Below, one piece after another: positions 1 to 10,534 of a stretch of DNA of 64,000 nucleotides. The notes beneath the pieces are model-generated. The model worked only from the letters and a program-made list of their open reading frames with translations. It was not told the origin of the DNA and did no database searches. Location of the stretch: the NCBI GenBank assembly GCA_015231885.1, contig JADGAT010000001.1, positions 27,436 through 91,435 of the forward strand. Direction: 5' to 3'. Each line of letters begins with the position of its first letter. The first letter of the stretch is position 1. Both the position numbers and the translations under genes were made by a program. This stretch comes from SAR324 cluster bacterium (GTDB taxonomy: Bacteria > SAR324 > NAC60-12).

Positions 1-1475
1 CCATTTTACTGATTATTGGGATTTGGGTTCTTTTCATGCGACAGCTGCAGGGAGGAAGCAATAAGGCCTTGGGATTTGGAAAAATTCGTACCCGAGCCGT
101 CGATAAGAATGAAAACGAAATCACTTTTAATGATGTTGCCGGAATTGATGAGGCAAAAGAGGAAGTTGGCGAAATTGTAGACTTTTTGTCGGATCCTCAA
201 AAATTCGAAAAACTAGGAGGAGAAATTCCTCGTGGCGTCCTACTGGTTGGTAGTCCAGGTACTGGTAAAACATTGCTGGCCAAGGCAATTGCAGGAGAAG
301 CCGGAGTCCCATTTTTCAGCATCAGCGGCTCTGACTTTGTAGAAATGTTTGTTGGCGTTGGGGCAAGCCGAGTCCGTGATTTATTTGAGCAGGGAAAAAA
401 AGCGGCTCCTTGTATTATCTTCATTGATGAAATTGACGCGGTAGGGAGAAGTCGCGGTGCTGGCCTCGGAGGAGGAAATGACGAACGGGAACAGACCTTG
501 AATCAGCTGCTTGTTGAGATGGATGGTTTTGATACCAATAATGGAGTGATCATTATTGCGGCAACAAACCGCCCAGATGTCCTGGATCCCGCATTACTGC
601 GCCCTGGACGCTTTGACCGGCATGTCAATGTTCCTCTTCCCGATATCAATGGCAGAGAATCCATTCTAAAAGTGCATACCATGTCTATTGAATTGGCAGG
701 AGAAGTGGATTTGCGTATCATTGCCAGGGGAACACCAGGCTTTACAGGAGCCGACTTGGCAAACCTTACCAATGAAGCGGCGTTATGGGCGGCTCGCCAA
801 GACAAGTCTTGTGTGGACCTATCCGATTTTGAATATGCAAAAGATAAGGTGTTAATGGGGACCGAGCGACGCAGCTTGTTCATCACAGATCAGGAAAAAG
901 AGACAACCGCTTACCATGAAGCAGGACATGCTTTGCTCGCAGCAACCATTCCTGGTGTGGATCCCATTCATAAGGTCACCATCATTCCAAGAGGAAGAGC
1001 ACTCGGAGTAACACAATTGCTGCCTGTGGAAGATCGCCATAGTCACACAAAAAAAGGATTATTGGGCCATATTGCCATGACAATGGGAGGACGTGCCGCA
1101 GAACATCTCATTTTTAATAAATTTACGACAGGCGCAAGTGACGATTTGAAGAAAGCAACGGACTTAGCAAGGAGAATGGTCTGTTACTGGGGCATGAATG
1201 AGAAGCTGGGACCCATTACCTGTGGTGATAGTGACGATCAGGTTTTTCTGGGAAAAGATCTCATGACCCATAGAAACTATAGTGATGAGACGGCGCAGCT
1301 GGTGGATTCGGAGGTCAAGGAACTCATTACCAAATGCTATACTAGGGCTAGCGAAATTTTAACCATGCACCGGCAAGCCTTAGAGCATTTAGCAAAACTG
1401 CTTATTGAAAAAGAGACTATAGATGGAGAGGAAGTAAAGCAAATCATCAAGGAGTTTACCCCTGTAATCAATTGA
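1..1475 (+). CDS. ftsH: ATP-dependent zinc metalloprotease FtsH (5' partial; reading frame continues upstream of the window)
   Basis: Frame is open from base 3. Contains a TM2-like [10 protein letters not shown] segment, AAA Walker A GSPGTGKT, a Walker B DEID region and the zinc motif HEAGHAL. Confidence 0.9.
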   Translation, partial: ILLIIGIWVLFMRQLQGGSNKALGFGKIRTRAVDKNENEITFNDVAGIDEAKEEVGEIVDFLSDPQKFEKLGGEIPRGVLLVGSPGTGKTLLAKAIAGEAGVPFFSISGSDFVEMFVGVGASRVRDLFEQGKKAAPCIIFIDEIDAVGRSRGAGLGGGNDEREQTLNQLLVEMDGFDTNNGVIIIAATNRPDVLDPALLRPGRFDRHVNVPLPDINGRESILKVHTMSIELAGEVDLRIIARGTPGFTGADLANLTNEAALWAARQDKSCVDLSDFEYAKDKVLMGTERRSLFITDQEKETTAYHEAGHALLAATIPGVDPIHKVTIIPRGRALGVTQLLPVEDRHSHTKKGLLGHIAMTMGGRAAEHLIFNKFTTGASDDLKKATDLARRMVCYWGMNEKLGPITCGDSDDQVFLGKDLMTHRNYSDETAQLVDSEVKELITKCYTRASEILTMHRQALEHLAKLLIEKETIDGEEVKQIIKEFTPVIN

Positions 1476-1570
1476 TCATTTCGGCAGCATTTCTTTTTCC
1501 TGAGAATCCCTTTCATATCCCGACAATCCGAGATTTTGAGAGCATTGTCTTATAGGCCCCCTTTTGGCAA

Positions 1571-2431
1571 TTGGTTATGGAAAATATTTTTTCAAATGTA
1601 GGTTGGCAGGATATTATTGATATTTCTTTGTTAACCTTCATTTTTTATCGACTGCTTGTTTTTTTTAAGGGAACAAGAACAATACCGATATTGGCAGGAT
1701 TTACTTTGTTGCTTGCCCTGTATCTACTCTCGCAGATTTTGCAGTTAGAGGCCATTGGGTTGTTGCTGGACAATCTAGCGAATTCGTTAGTATTAGTGTT
1801 GGTCATTCTTTTTCAAGCAGAAATTCGCAATGCCTTGGCACAGTTTGGTCTGATTACTTTCTTGACAGGTAGTGGCCGTTTTAAAAAAGATGTACTGGAT
1901 GAAGCAATACAGGGATCCTTTTTAATGGCTCGTGAACGCATTGGTGCCCTCATTGTATTTGAACGAGAAGTGGGTTTACGTAATTTTATTGAAAAAGGAA
2001 CAGCAATAGATGCTGTGTTGACTAAAGAGGTATTGATCAGTATCTTTCGTCCCACCTCTCCCCTCCACGATGGGGCTGCCATTGTTGACCGCAAAGGGCG
2101 TCTTGCAGCAGCCAGATGTTTGTTACCCATTACAACGAGCACCAAAATCAGTCCTATTTTGGGGACTCGTCACCGTGCAGCCATTGGTCTTACTGAAGAA
2201 ACCGATGCCATTGTACTGATCGTTTCGGAGGAACGCAGCGAAATCAGTCTCAGTCACAAAGGCGAACTGATCCGAGGTTCTTCGCAGCAGGATATCAAAA
2301 AAGTTCTATTTGAATTGATGGATGTGAAAGCACAGGAACCACCAGTGACCTTAGATACTCCACAAACGGATGCGGTGGAGACCGAAGCCGATATCGAAGA
2401 AGATGAAAAATCAGTGGCCGTGACTGTATGA
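1571..2431 (+). CDS. cdaA: diadenylate cyclase CdaA/DacA (c-di-AMP synthase)
   Basis: N-terminal hydrophobic helices are followed by a DisA_N-like domain with DGA and RHRAA-type motifs. The gene sits immediately upstream of a YbbR-like gene. Confidence 0.8.
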   Translation: MVMENIFSNVGWQDIIDISLLTFIFYRLLVFFKGTRTIPILAGFTLLLALYLLSQILQLEAIGLLLDNLANSLVLVLVILFQAEIRNALAQFGLITFLTGSGRFKKDVLDEAIQGSFLMARERIGALIVFEREVGLRNFIEKGTAIDAVLTKEVLISIFRPTSPLHDGAAIVDRKGRLAAARCLLPITTSTKISPILGTRHRAAIGLTEETDAIVLIVSEERSEISLSHKGELIRGSSQQDIKKVLFELMDVKAQEPPVTLDTPQTDAVETEADIEEDEKSVAVTV

Positions 2432-2453
2432 TTATCTTTCCCTTTTTTTATGA

Positions 2454-3446
2454 ATGATGCTTGTGCGAAAGATAAAGAAAATTTTACCATTCACACTTAT
2501 CTCTTTTTTTCTGGCAATTTTTGTTTGGTATTTAGCCAAGCAAGGAGCACAAACAGTAGGAATGAGTTTTTTTGTTCCAATCGTGTTTAAGAACTTGCCG
2601 CCAAATATGAGAATCACTTCGGATGTTCCCGCAGGTGTTAATGTTTCTGGAAGAATAACCCGACGATACAACAATAATTTCAATCCATCCAGTCTTCAAG
2701 CAGTAGTTGATTTAAAAGAGGCGAGTGCCGGCACATTTCAATATACGTTAACCAAAGAAAATATTGCAGCACCAGAAGACGTCTCCATCACTCAAATCAA
2801 TCCTCTTCAGATAGACTTGTTCATTGAAGAAATTATAGAAAAAAGCTTGATCGTCCGCCCACGGTACCATGGACAAATCAAAAAAGAACACATTCTTCAA
2901 AAAATTGAATTATCCCCAAATATTGTTACAATCCAGGGACCAAAGACCAAACTAGAAACCGTCACATCGATTTTTACTAAAGAAATTAATTTACAGGATT
3001 TGGACCGTACTACAAACATGATCGTACAACTGGACATGCCTGATCGCAATATCCGTTTGGTCAACAATCAAGAAGTGTTTGTTGCTCATGTGGTGATTAT
3101 TGGTTTTCCTATCAGAAAACGATTTGATGATATCAGCATTCATTTGATGAATCAAACCTATGTGGCACTGATCAATCCTAAAAAATTCAATCTATATCTA
3201 GAGGGACCTGAAGAGTTACTGAATAATTTGGATTCATCACAACTCTATGGCATTATTGACATGTCACAGTATACTCCTGGCAGCCATCGGATTCATCCAC
3301 AACCGATCTTACCCAAAGGTGTTTCTTTACTCCAGCAATGGCCAAAAGTCGCCTTATGGGTCAAACCGCAAAAATTATCTGAAGAGGAAAGCTCCGGCCC
3401 TCAATTGCCTCCTCAACAACCGTCCTCTAATTCAATAGGAAATTGA
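2454..3446 (+). CDS. cdaR: YbbR-like CdaA regulatory protein CdaR
   Basis: N-terminal TM segment plus repeated YbbR-like beta-rich region. Its position after cdaA matches the conserved cdaA-cdaR operon. Confidence 0.65.
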   Translation: MMLVRKIKKILPFTLISFFLAIFVWYLAKQGAQTVGMSFFVPIVFKNLPPNMRITSDVPAGVNVSGRITRRYNNNFNPSSLQAVVDLKEASAGTFQYTLTKENIAAPEDVSITQINPLQIDLFIEEIIEKSLIVRPRYHGQIKKEHILQKIELSPNIVTIQGPKTKLETVTSIFTKEINLQDLDRTTNMIVQLDMPDRNIRLVNNQEVFVAHVVIIGFPIRKRFDDISIHLMNQTYVALINPKKFNLYLEGPEELLNNLDSSQLYGIIDMSQYTPGSHRIHPQPILPKGVSLLQQWPKVALWVKPQKLSEEESSGPQLPPQQPSSNSIGN

Positions 3447-3450
3447 AACA

Positions 3451-4170
3451 ATGATTGCTCTACATGTGAATGTTGACCATATTGCAACCATTCGTCAAGC
3501 GCGTCAAATCAGAGAACCGGATCCTGTAACAGGAGCCCTACTGGCCGAATTAGCAGGTGCCGATGGTATCACAGTCCATCTTCGTGAAGATCGCCGGCAT
3601 ATACAGCAGCGTGATGTACAAGTGATAAGAGAGACTGTGCAGACTTACTTAAATTTGGAAATGGCTGCTACAGAAGAAATGTTTGCTGTTGCACTCTCAA
3701 TCAAACCGGACATTGTGACTCTGGTACCCGAAAAACGTGAGGAAATCACCACAGAAGGAGGATTGGATCTTACAAGAAATACTTCTAATTTACACCAGGG
3801 CATTGAAAAACTCAAAAATGCGGGCATTCGTGTTAGCCTGTTCATTGATCCAGCACCAGAGCAGATTGAAAAAAGTAAGGCCGTAGCTGCAGATGATGTG
3901 GAACTGCATACAGGAGCCTATGCCAATTCTACTGATTCACTCACAAAAGAAAGCGAATTAGCACGCTTAAAAAGTGCGGCTCTGTTAGCACATGATCTCC
4001 GTTTACAAGTCAATGCTGGACATGGACTGAATTATCAAAATGTCCAGCCTGTTTGTCATTTACCCCATTTAAAAGAACTGAATATTGGCCACAGCATCAT
4101 CAGCCGCTCCATTTTTGTTGGAATCACAGAAGCGGTTAAAGAGATGCGAACCCTAATTCAAACCGCATAA
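3451..4170 (+). CDS. pdxJ: pyridoxine 5'-phosphate synthase
   Basis: Begins with [12 protein letters not shown], the characteristic PdxJ N-terminus. About 239 aa, with a TIM-barrel-like composition. Confidence 0.85.
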   Translation: MIALHVNVDHIATIRQARQIREPDPVTGALLAELAGADGITVHLREDRRHIQQRDVQVIRETVQTYLNLEMAATEEMFAVALSIKPDIVTLVPEKREEITTEGGLDLTRNTSNLHQGIEKLKNAGIRVSLFIDPAPEQIEKSKAVAADDVELHTGAYANSTDSLTKESELARLKSAALLAHDLRLQVNAGHGLNYQNVQPVCHLPHLKELNIGHSIISRSIFVGITEAVKEMRTLIQTA

Positions 4171-4177
4171 TACTACT

Positions 4178-5656
4178 ATGCCAAAAGATATGATTATTAA
4201 CCACTCGCCTCATGAAGCGCGGGTTGCTGTGATGGAAAATGGTATTGTTTCTGAACTATATTATGAACGCCTGAAAGAAAGAGGAATTGTTGGTAATATT
4301 TACAAAGGAAAAGTTTTAAAAGTATTACCTGGAATGGAAGCCGCTTTTGTCGATATTGGCGTAGAGCGTGCGGCTTTTTTATATATTGATGATGTCCTGC
4401 CAGAAAATGCTATTTTTGATGATGAAGGGGCAAGGGTTTCCGGCAAAAAAGATGAGAAACCCACCATTGAAAAGCTGCTGCAAGAGGAACAGGAAATTTT
4501 AGTTCAGGTCTCTAAAGGCCCCATTGGGACCAAAGGAGCAAGAATCACCAGCCATATTTCTATCCCAGGACGTAATCTGGTTTATATGCCAACCGTAACG
4601 ACACTGGGGGTTTCTCGCCAGATCACCAGTATTGACGAACGCCATCGTTTGAAAGATATTGTCAATCGCCTTCGGCCTGAAAAATCTGGATTTATTATTC
4701 GTACGGTCGCCGAAGGGCGCTCAGAAGACGACCTGCGTTCAGATTTGAATTATTTAGTCTCTATTTGGGATGAAATTATAAAAGATTACAAACAAACGGA
4801 AGCTCCTGCCTTGCTGCATCGGGATCTTGACATTGTTTTTCGATCAATCCGCGATGTTTTGTCTCCAGAGGTCCGAAGACTCATCATTGATGATAAAGCA
4901 CAATACAAGGCAATCAAATATTTCCTCAATACCTACCTTCCTCGCTACCGCTCTGTACTAGAGTTTTTTACCAAAGATACTCCCATTTTTGATCATTATG
5001 GTATTGAAGCCGAAATTGAGCGTGCATTGGACCAAAAAGTATGGTTGAAATCTGGAGGATATTTGGTGATCGATCAAACGGAAGCATTGATCTCCATAGA
5101 CGTCAATACAGGACGTTTTGTTGGCAACGAAAGTCATGAAAAGACCATTCTTAAAACAAATTTAGAAGCCGTGGAAGAAATCGTCTACCAGCTGCAACTT
5201 CGGAACATCGGAGGTATCATTATTATTGATTTTATTGACATGGGTGTCGCCGAGCATCGGCAGAAAGTCTATCATGCTCTCAAGGAACATTTAAAACACG
5301 ATAAAACACGTAGTAAAATTTTGCAGATCAGTGAAATGGGATTGGTTGAAATGACTCGTAAGCGAGATCGTGAAAATCTGACTCGCTACCTGTGTAATCC
5401 TTGCCCTTATTGTGAAGGCAAAGGTCGAACCAAGTCTGTATCCACCGTCAGTTACGAAATTTTTAGAGAATTATACCGCAACCGTTTGAAAAATCGAAAT
5501 GGTTCTTTTGTCGTCTATGTACATCCGGATGTTTACGAATTCCTCATGGAAGAAAATTCAACCGTAGAACAAGTTGAGCAAGATGTAGGGCAGAAAGTGG
5601 CTTTCAAAATTTCCAATTCTTTGCATCATGAGCAATTTGAACTATACGAATACTGA
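4178..5656 (+). CDS. rng: ribonuclease G (RNase E/G family)
   Basis: S1 domain near the N-terminus (GNIYKGKVLKVLPGMEAAFVDIG) followed by an RNase E/G catalytic core. 492 aa. Confidence 0.85.
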   Translation: MPKDMIINHSPHEARVAVMENGIVSELYYERLKERGIVGNIYKGKVLKVLPGMEAAFVDIGVERAAFLYIDDVLPENAIFDDEGARVSGKKDEKPTIEKLLQEEQEILVQVSKGPIGTKGARITSHISIPGRNLVYMPTVTTLGVSRQITSIDERHRLKDIVNRLRPEKSGFIIRTVAEGRSEDDLRSDLNYLVSIWDEIIKDYKQTEAPALLHRDLDIVFRSIRDVLSPEVRRLIIDDKAQYKAIKYFLNTYLPRYRSVLEFFTKDTPIFDHYGIEAEIERALDQKVWLKSGGYLVIDQTEALISIDVNTGRFVGNESHEKTILKTNLEAVEEIVYQLQLRNIGGIIIIDFIDMGVAEHRQKVYHALKEHLKHDKTRSKILQISEMGLVEMTRKRDRENLTRYLCNPCPYCEGKGRTKSVSTVSYEIFRELYRNRLKNRNGSFVVYVHPDVYEFLMEENSTVEQVEQDVGQKVAFKISNSLHHEQFELYEY

Positions 5657-5680
5657 CACCCGATTTCTAAATTTCCCAAA

Positions 5681-6637
5681 ATGCAGGAACCCTATTGCTA
5701 TACTGTTTCTGATGCGGAGTCAAAAAAAAGGATTGATGCTCTATTGAGTTCATATCCAAAAGTAAGCTCTCGAACAATGGCCCAGCGCTTATTGAAGATA
5801 GGATTAGCAAGAGTCAATGGACAATTGGTTGCGCCAGCATATAAAGTGCGTGCTGGTGATGAAATTCGTTTTTCTCTGCCGGCGCCAGAACCTTTAGCGG
5901 TTGCTTCAGAAGCAGGGAATTTAGACATATTGTTTGAAGACCATTCATTGATTGTTGTCAACAAGCCCAGTGGACTGGTTGTTCACCCGGCTCCTGGCCA
6001 TGCTTCTGGTACTCTGGTCAATTTACTGCTCCATCATTGCCAGGATCTCTCTGGTATTGGAGGAATTTTACGTCCAGGCATTGTCCATCGGTTAGATAAA
6101 GGCACCTCTGGTGTTTTGGTTGTCGCTAAAACCGATGCTGCCCACCGTGGCCTATCAGAACAATTCCAACAGCATTCTATTCAGCGTACATATCATGCTT
6201 TGATTTGGGGGAATCCACTACAAAATAAAGGAACCATCAATGCTCCGTTAGCTCGTAATCCCCATCATCGCAAGAAAATGGCAATCGTTGCAAATGGTAA
6301 GTCTGCAACAACACACTGGAAAGTAATTGTGCGATTTCGGCATTTTACTTTATTGGAATGCCGCTTAGAAACAGGACGGACTCACCAAATTCGAGTGCAC
6401 TTGAGTTCTCAATCAATTCCAGTTGTTGGAGACCCACAATACGGGCAGTCACACCTCCGTCGAATTCGGGTTCAACCCTCATTGTCTGCAATCCTCTCTC
6501 AATTCAATCATCAAGCACTGCATGCTCAAACATTGGGGTTTATCCATCCTATTACCCAAACCCCCCTTGAGTTTACAGCACCGGTTCCTGCTGATTTTCA
6601 AAAGATTTTGGACGAGTTGGCACAATGGGATATCTAA
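5681..6637 (+). CDS. rluD: 23S rRNA pseudouridine synthase, RluA family (RluD-like)
   Basis: N-terminal S4-like domain followed by the catalytic HRLDKGTSGVLVVAK motif of the RluA family. Confidence 0.8.
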   Translation: MQEPYCYTVSDAESKKRIDALLSSYPKVSSRTMAQRLLKIGLARVNGQLVAPAYKVRAGDEIRFSLPAPEPLAVASEAGNLDILFEDHSLIVVNKPSGLVVHPAPGHASGTLVNLLLHHCQDLSGIGGILRPGIVHRLDKGTSGVLVVAKTDAAHRGLSEQFQQHSIQRTYHALIWGNPLQNKGTINAPLARNPHHRKKMAIVANGKSATTHWKVIVRFRHFTLLECRLETGRTHQIRVHLSSQSIPVVGDPQYGQSHLRRIRVQPSLSAILSQFNHQALHAQTLGFIHPITQTPLEFTAPVPADFQKILDELAQWDI

Positions 6638-6789
6638 ATTATTCATAGGGATCTTTGTATCTTCCCATGTTCTATGTTATGAATACAAAGAGTGTGTAAG
6701 AATGGATCCATGCATGATTAACAACTTGTAATTTCTGATCACATACGAAATAGCATGAGAGTAAATTACTCATCACAATTGATAAAGCC

Positions 6790-8997
6790 ATGGCAAAAAT
6801 AGAAAAAATTCAAATAGCACAAGGAGTACATTGGATCACTATACCAGAGGCCAAACTCTATATATTGTGCGGATGCCCTGCTGATAGCGTTAAACTTCTG
6901 ATGAAAAGAGGATTGATTGTCTCCAAAGAAGAAAATGGGGTGGTATTTGAAACAGGCCCAAACGCAATTTTGCTGTCAGATGTCTTGGTTCAAAATGGAA
7001 ATTTTTCTAATCTTGCCGAATTTCCAGTATTACAAATGTTTTACAGGCAAGGCATGATGCTGCCGAATCATCCAAATAATACAGGAATCAAACCTTTGTT
7101 AATTGGTATGGAAGATCAGTTGAAATCACAGTTGCACTATATTTATCGTGGAAATTATGGACTGATCTCAGCAGATGAAATCATGCAAACCGGAATTTCC
7201 AGCAAGCAAGCTAAAGACATGATGCGTTTGAAGTTAAAATTTGCTTTTGGAAAAATTCATCCTACAGAAGACTTGCTGGATACATTGTTGGTCTCCGAGG
7301 ATACCGTAGAAATTCGCAATGGCGTGCATATTCGGCACATCGGTTGGAATCTTTATGAATTCATATACCAGGGAGAAAAAGTTACGGTTGATTTGAATTT
7401 ACCCCCGCATGTGTATTATGAGGCACCATACCGGTTGGAATTCCATAAAGTTCGGAGAGAATATTTTGCAGTTATTCATTCAGGAGAGGGCGATGGATGG
7501 GACACTCATCGACCCTGTATGGCGAGTGTTTTAACATTTCAAGGAAAAATCTATTTGATTGATGCCGGCCCCAATGTACTATACAGTCTGAAAGCCCTGG
7601 GAATCGGAGTTAACGAAATTGAAGGTATTTTCCACACACATGGTCACGATGATCACTTCGCCGGCTTACCCACACTGATGCGTACAGATCGTCGCCTCAA
7701 GTACTACAGCACTCCGCTGGTACGCCACTCGGTCGCCAAAAAACTCTCAGCACTGGTGTCCATCAAAGAAAGGGATTTTGCTGATTATTTTGACGTCTGT
7801 GATTTGGAGCTTTCTAAATGGAATGATATTGACGGTTTAGAAGTCTACCCTACTTTTTCTCCCCATCCCGTAGAAACCAATAATTTTATCTTTCGTACTC
7901 TGTGGAAAGGAGGGTATCGCTCTTATGGACATTATGCTGACATTTCTTCTTTCGACGTGTTAAAAGGAATGATTACCAAAAATGATTCGGAACCCGGAAT
8001 TTCTGAATCTTTTTTTACAGAAGTTAAAAAAAATTATCTGGCTACTGTGGATTTAAAGAAAATTGATATTGGGGGAGGCATGATTCACGGAGTAGCTGAA
8101 GACTTTCGTAGTGACTCATCGGCTAAAATAGTTTTATCCCACACTGCTTTTACCCTCAACGCTCAGCAAAAAGAAATCGGTTCGGAAGCATCTTTTGGCA
8201 TGCCCGATGTGTTGATCGAATCAAATCAGCAGTATGTCATGCAGTATGCCTTCAATTATCTGCATTCTTACTTTCCATCCGTACCCCGACATCAGCTTCA
8301 TATCTTACTCAATAACCACTTAGTATCATTCAATGCGGGAAGCATCTTACTCAAAAGAGGCGAAAGGATTAACGATATCTATCTCATATTGGGCGGTAAT
8401 GTTGAAATGATTCAAGCAGACGCCGGGATAGAAAGCTTACTGTCAGCAGGCTCTTTAGTCTCAGAAAGCTGTGAATTTACTGGATCACCTTCAACATGCA
8501 CCTATCGGGCGGCCAGTTTTGTGCAGGCACTGCAACTACCAAGCTCTTTATATTTCGAATTTGCTAAACAAAATAAAGTCTATACAGAACTGGCAAGACT
8601 TCAAAAAAACAGAGCTTTTTTGCAATCATCCTGGCTGTTTGGTGATGAAATATCAGATCCTGTGCAAAATCGAATTTTACAGACAATAAAATCAGAGAAA
8701 TACTCAAAAGGGCACGTATTCCCGAAAGAGTGCTACTCCAATTTTTATTTGATCAAAAAAGGTAAGTTAGAGAGTTATATTGATGATGATTTGTTTGAAA
8801 CTTTGACTAAAACAAATTTTTTTGGAGAAGAAAATATTTTATTCAAGATTCCATGTTTATTTACGGTCAAGGTTGCCAGTTCTGCAGAAGTATACCAGAT
8901 ACCTGATGAGGCGTTGCGCAATATTCCAATCGCCCGCTGGAAAATGCTCGAAACATTTCAAAAGAGAATGAGAAAATTAGGAAAACATTTTACTTGA
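6790..8997 (+). CDS. multidomain protein: unknown N-terminal domain + MBL-fold metallo-hydrolase + C-terminal cyclic-nucleotide-binding (CAP-family) domain(s)
   Basis: MBL HxHxDH motif within HTHGHDDHF. The C-terminal region carries cNMP-binding-like signatures (FFGEENILF...TVKVASSAEVYQIP, and a weaker one around CEFTGSPSTCTYRAAS). 735 aa. Confidence 0.6.
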   Translation: MAKIEKIQIAQGVHWITIPEAKLYILCGCPADSVKLLMKRGLIVSKEENGVVFETGPNAILLSDVLVQNGNFSNLAEFPVLQMFYRQGMMLPNHPNNTGIKPLLIGMEDQLKSQLHYIYRGNYGLISADEIMQTGISSKQAKDMMRLKLKFAFGKIHPTEDLLDTLLVSEDTVEIRNGVHIRHIGWNLYEFIYQGEKVTVDLNLPPHVYYEAPYRLEFHKVRREYFAVIHSGEGDGWDTHRPCMASVLTFQGKIYLIDAGPNVLYSLKALGIGVNEIEGIFHTHGHDDHFAGLPTLMRTDRRLKYYSTPLVRHSVAKKLSALVSIKERDFADYFDVCDLELSKWNDIDGLEVYPTFSPHPVETNNFIFRTLWKGGYRSYGHYADISSFDVLKGMITKNDSEPGISESFFTEVKKNYLATVDLKKIDIGGGMIHGVAEDFRSDSSAKIVLSHTAFTLNAQQKEIGSEASFGMPDVLIESNQQYVMQYAFNYLHSYFPSVPRHQLHILLNNHLVSFNAGSILLKRGERINDIYLILGGNVEMIQADAGIESLLSAGSLVSESCEFTGSPSTCTYRAASFVQALQLPSSLYFEFAKQNKVYTELARLQKNRAFLQSSWLFGDEISDPVQNRILQTIKSEKYSKGHVFPKECYSNFYLIKKGKLESYIDDDLFETLTKTNFFGEENILFKIPCLFTVKVASSAEVYQIPDEALRNIPIARWKMLETFQKRMRKLGKHFT

Positions 8998-8999
8998 GT

Positions 9000-10361
9000 T
9001 CATGTAAACAATGATTCTGTAAATTCAGATGCATTGAATGGCTGCAGGTCTTGTATACTCTCCCCAACTCCAATGTAGCGTACCGGAATGTCAAATTCAT
9101 TCACTATTCCAATCACAACCCCCCCTTTGGCGGTCCCATCCAACTTTGTAATGATCAACCCTGTTATTTCAGCAATCTCACGGAATTCACGAACTTGAAA
9201 AATAGCATTTTGTCCAGTCGTTGCATCCAAGACAAGAAAAATCTCATGAGGGGCATCAGGAATAACTTTTTTAATCACCCGAATCATTTTTTTTAGCTCT
9301 TCCATCAGGTTGGCTTTTGTATGCAATCGCCCCGCCGTATCACAAATGACAACATCGTAGTTTTCCTGAATCGCCTTGCTGACCGTTTCATACATCACAG
9401 AAGAAGGATCACTGCCGGCTTTTTTAGACACAAAATCACTGTTGGCACGTTTGCTCCATTCTTCCAACTGTTCAATGGCCGCCGCACGGAAGGTATCCCC
9501 AGCACCCATGAGTACCCTTTTTCCAGCTTGTTGATACTGTGCTGCTATTTTTCCAATAGTTGTTGTTTTGCCAACACCATTGACTCCTATAAATAACAAA
9601 ACCAATGGTTTTGTATGATCGACTGTAGCAGATGGATAGGATTTTTCCATAATTTTAATGATTTCTTCCTGGACTGTAATACGCAATGTCTTTGGATCAT
9701 TGAGCTCATTGCGTGCCAATTTGTGATGAAGCACTTCAATAATACGGTTCGTGGTTTCAGGACCAATGTCTGCCGTATACAGTAGCTCCTCCAGGTCATC
9801 AAGTGTATCTTCGTCAATTTCTTTTTTTCCTAAAACAATACCACCAATTCCTTCTATCAGGTTGCTCCGTGTTTTTGCCATCCCTTGCTTTAAACGTTCC
9901 ATGAAGCTGGCGGGTTCTGCAGGAGTCTCTTCCTGATCGGGGATTAAATCACTCTGTAATACTTTGGTTTGACGACGTTCCTCTTCAATTTTTGTAAGTT
10001 TTTCTTGAATCAGCCTTTCTTCTTCTGCAATTTGGGACAACCGAGCTTCATTTTTCTTTTCTTGCAGTGCTTTTTGTTCTTTTTCTTCCTGTTTTTGTCG
10101 TTTGAGGTGGGCTTTTTCTAGCTTTGCCAGCTGTTTGTCTGTACCTTTTTCTGAAATTTCTTCTCCGTCTCCTTTTTTTGCCAGTAAGCGGTACAATGCA
10201 ATTAAAAAGAAAATCGAAAGCAGAAAAAAGAAGACCCCTCCTCCAAGGATATATAAAATAGCCTCTTCCGTTAAATCGGTTCCGAGATCCTTATTCAGAA
10301 ATTGAACAATATCGATACCAAGATCCTCATTCAGAAATTGAGTAATAAAAGTTAAATCCAT
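9000..10361 (-). CDS. ftsY: signal recognition particle receptor FtsY
   Basis: SRP GTPase NG domain (GVNGVGKTTTIGKIA, DTAGR, TKLDGTAKGG). The N-terminus has a TM helix and a charged EK-rich linker. Confidence 0.9.
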   Translation of the reverse strand: MDLTFITQFLNEDLGIDIVQFLNKDLGTDLTEEAILYILGGGVFFFLLSIFFLIALYRLLAKKGDGEEISEKGTDKQLAKLEKAHLKRQKQEEKEQKALQEKKNEARLSQIAEEERLIQEKLTKIEEERRQTKVLQSDLIPDQEETPAEPASFMERLKQGMAKTRSNLIEGIGGIVLGKKEIDEDTLDDLEELLYTADIGPETTNRIIEVLHHKLARNELNDPKTLRITVQEEIIKIMEKSYPSATVDHTKPLVLLFIGVNGVGKTTTIGKIAAQYQQAGKRVLMGAGDTFRAAAIEQLEEWSKRANSDFVSKKAGSDPSSVMYETVSKAIQENYDVVICDTAGRLHTKANLMEELKKMIRVIKKVIPDAPHEIFLVLDATTGQNAIFQVREFREIAEITGLIITKLDGTAKGGVVIGIVNEFDIPVRYIGVGESIQDLQPFNASEFTESLFT

Positions 10362-10534
10362 GATGGTTCGTTTACCTAAAGTTTTCTATTGATTTTAAAA
10401 TTCAATCCATGCGTCTGGGTTGAATAGCCTGAAAAGTCCTTTTCATCTTGAGCAGAATACTATATAGTTTCTAAAAAAAATACTATGAATGTGTACCATC
10501 CTCTCTAAAAATCCAACATTTTATCATTTTTGCC

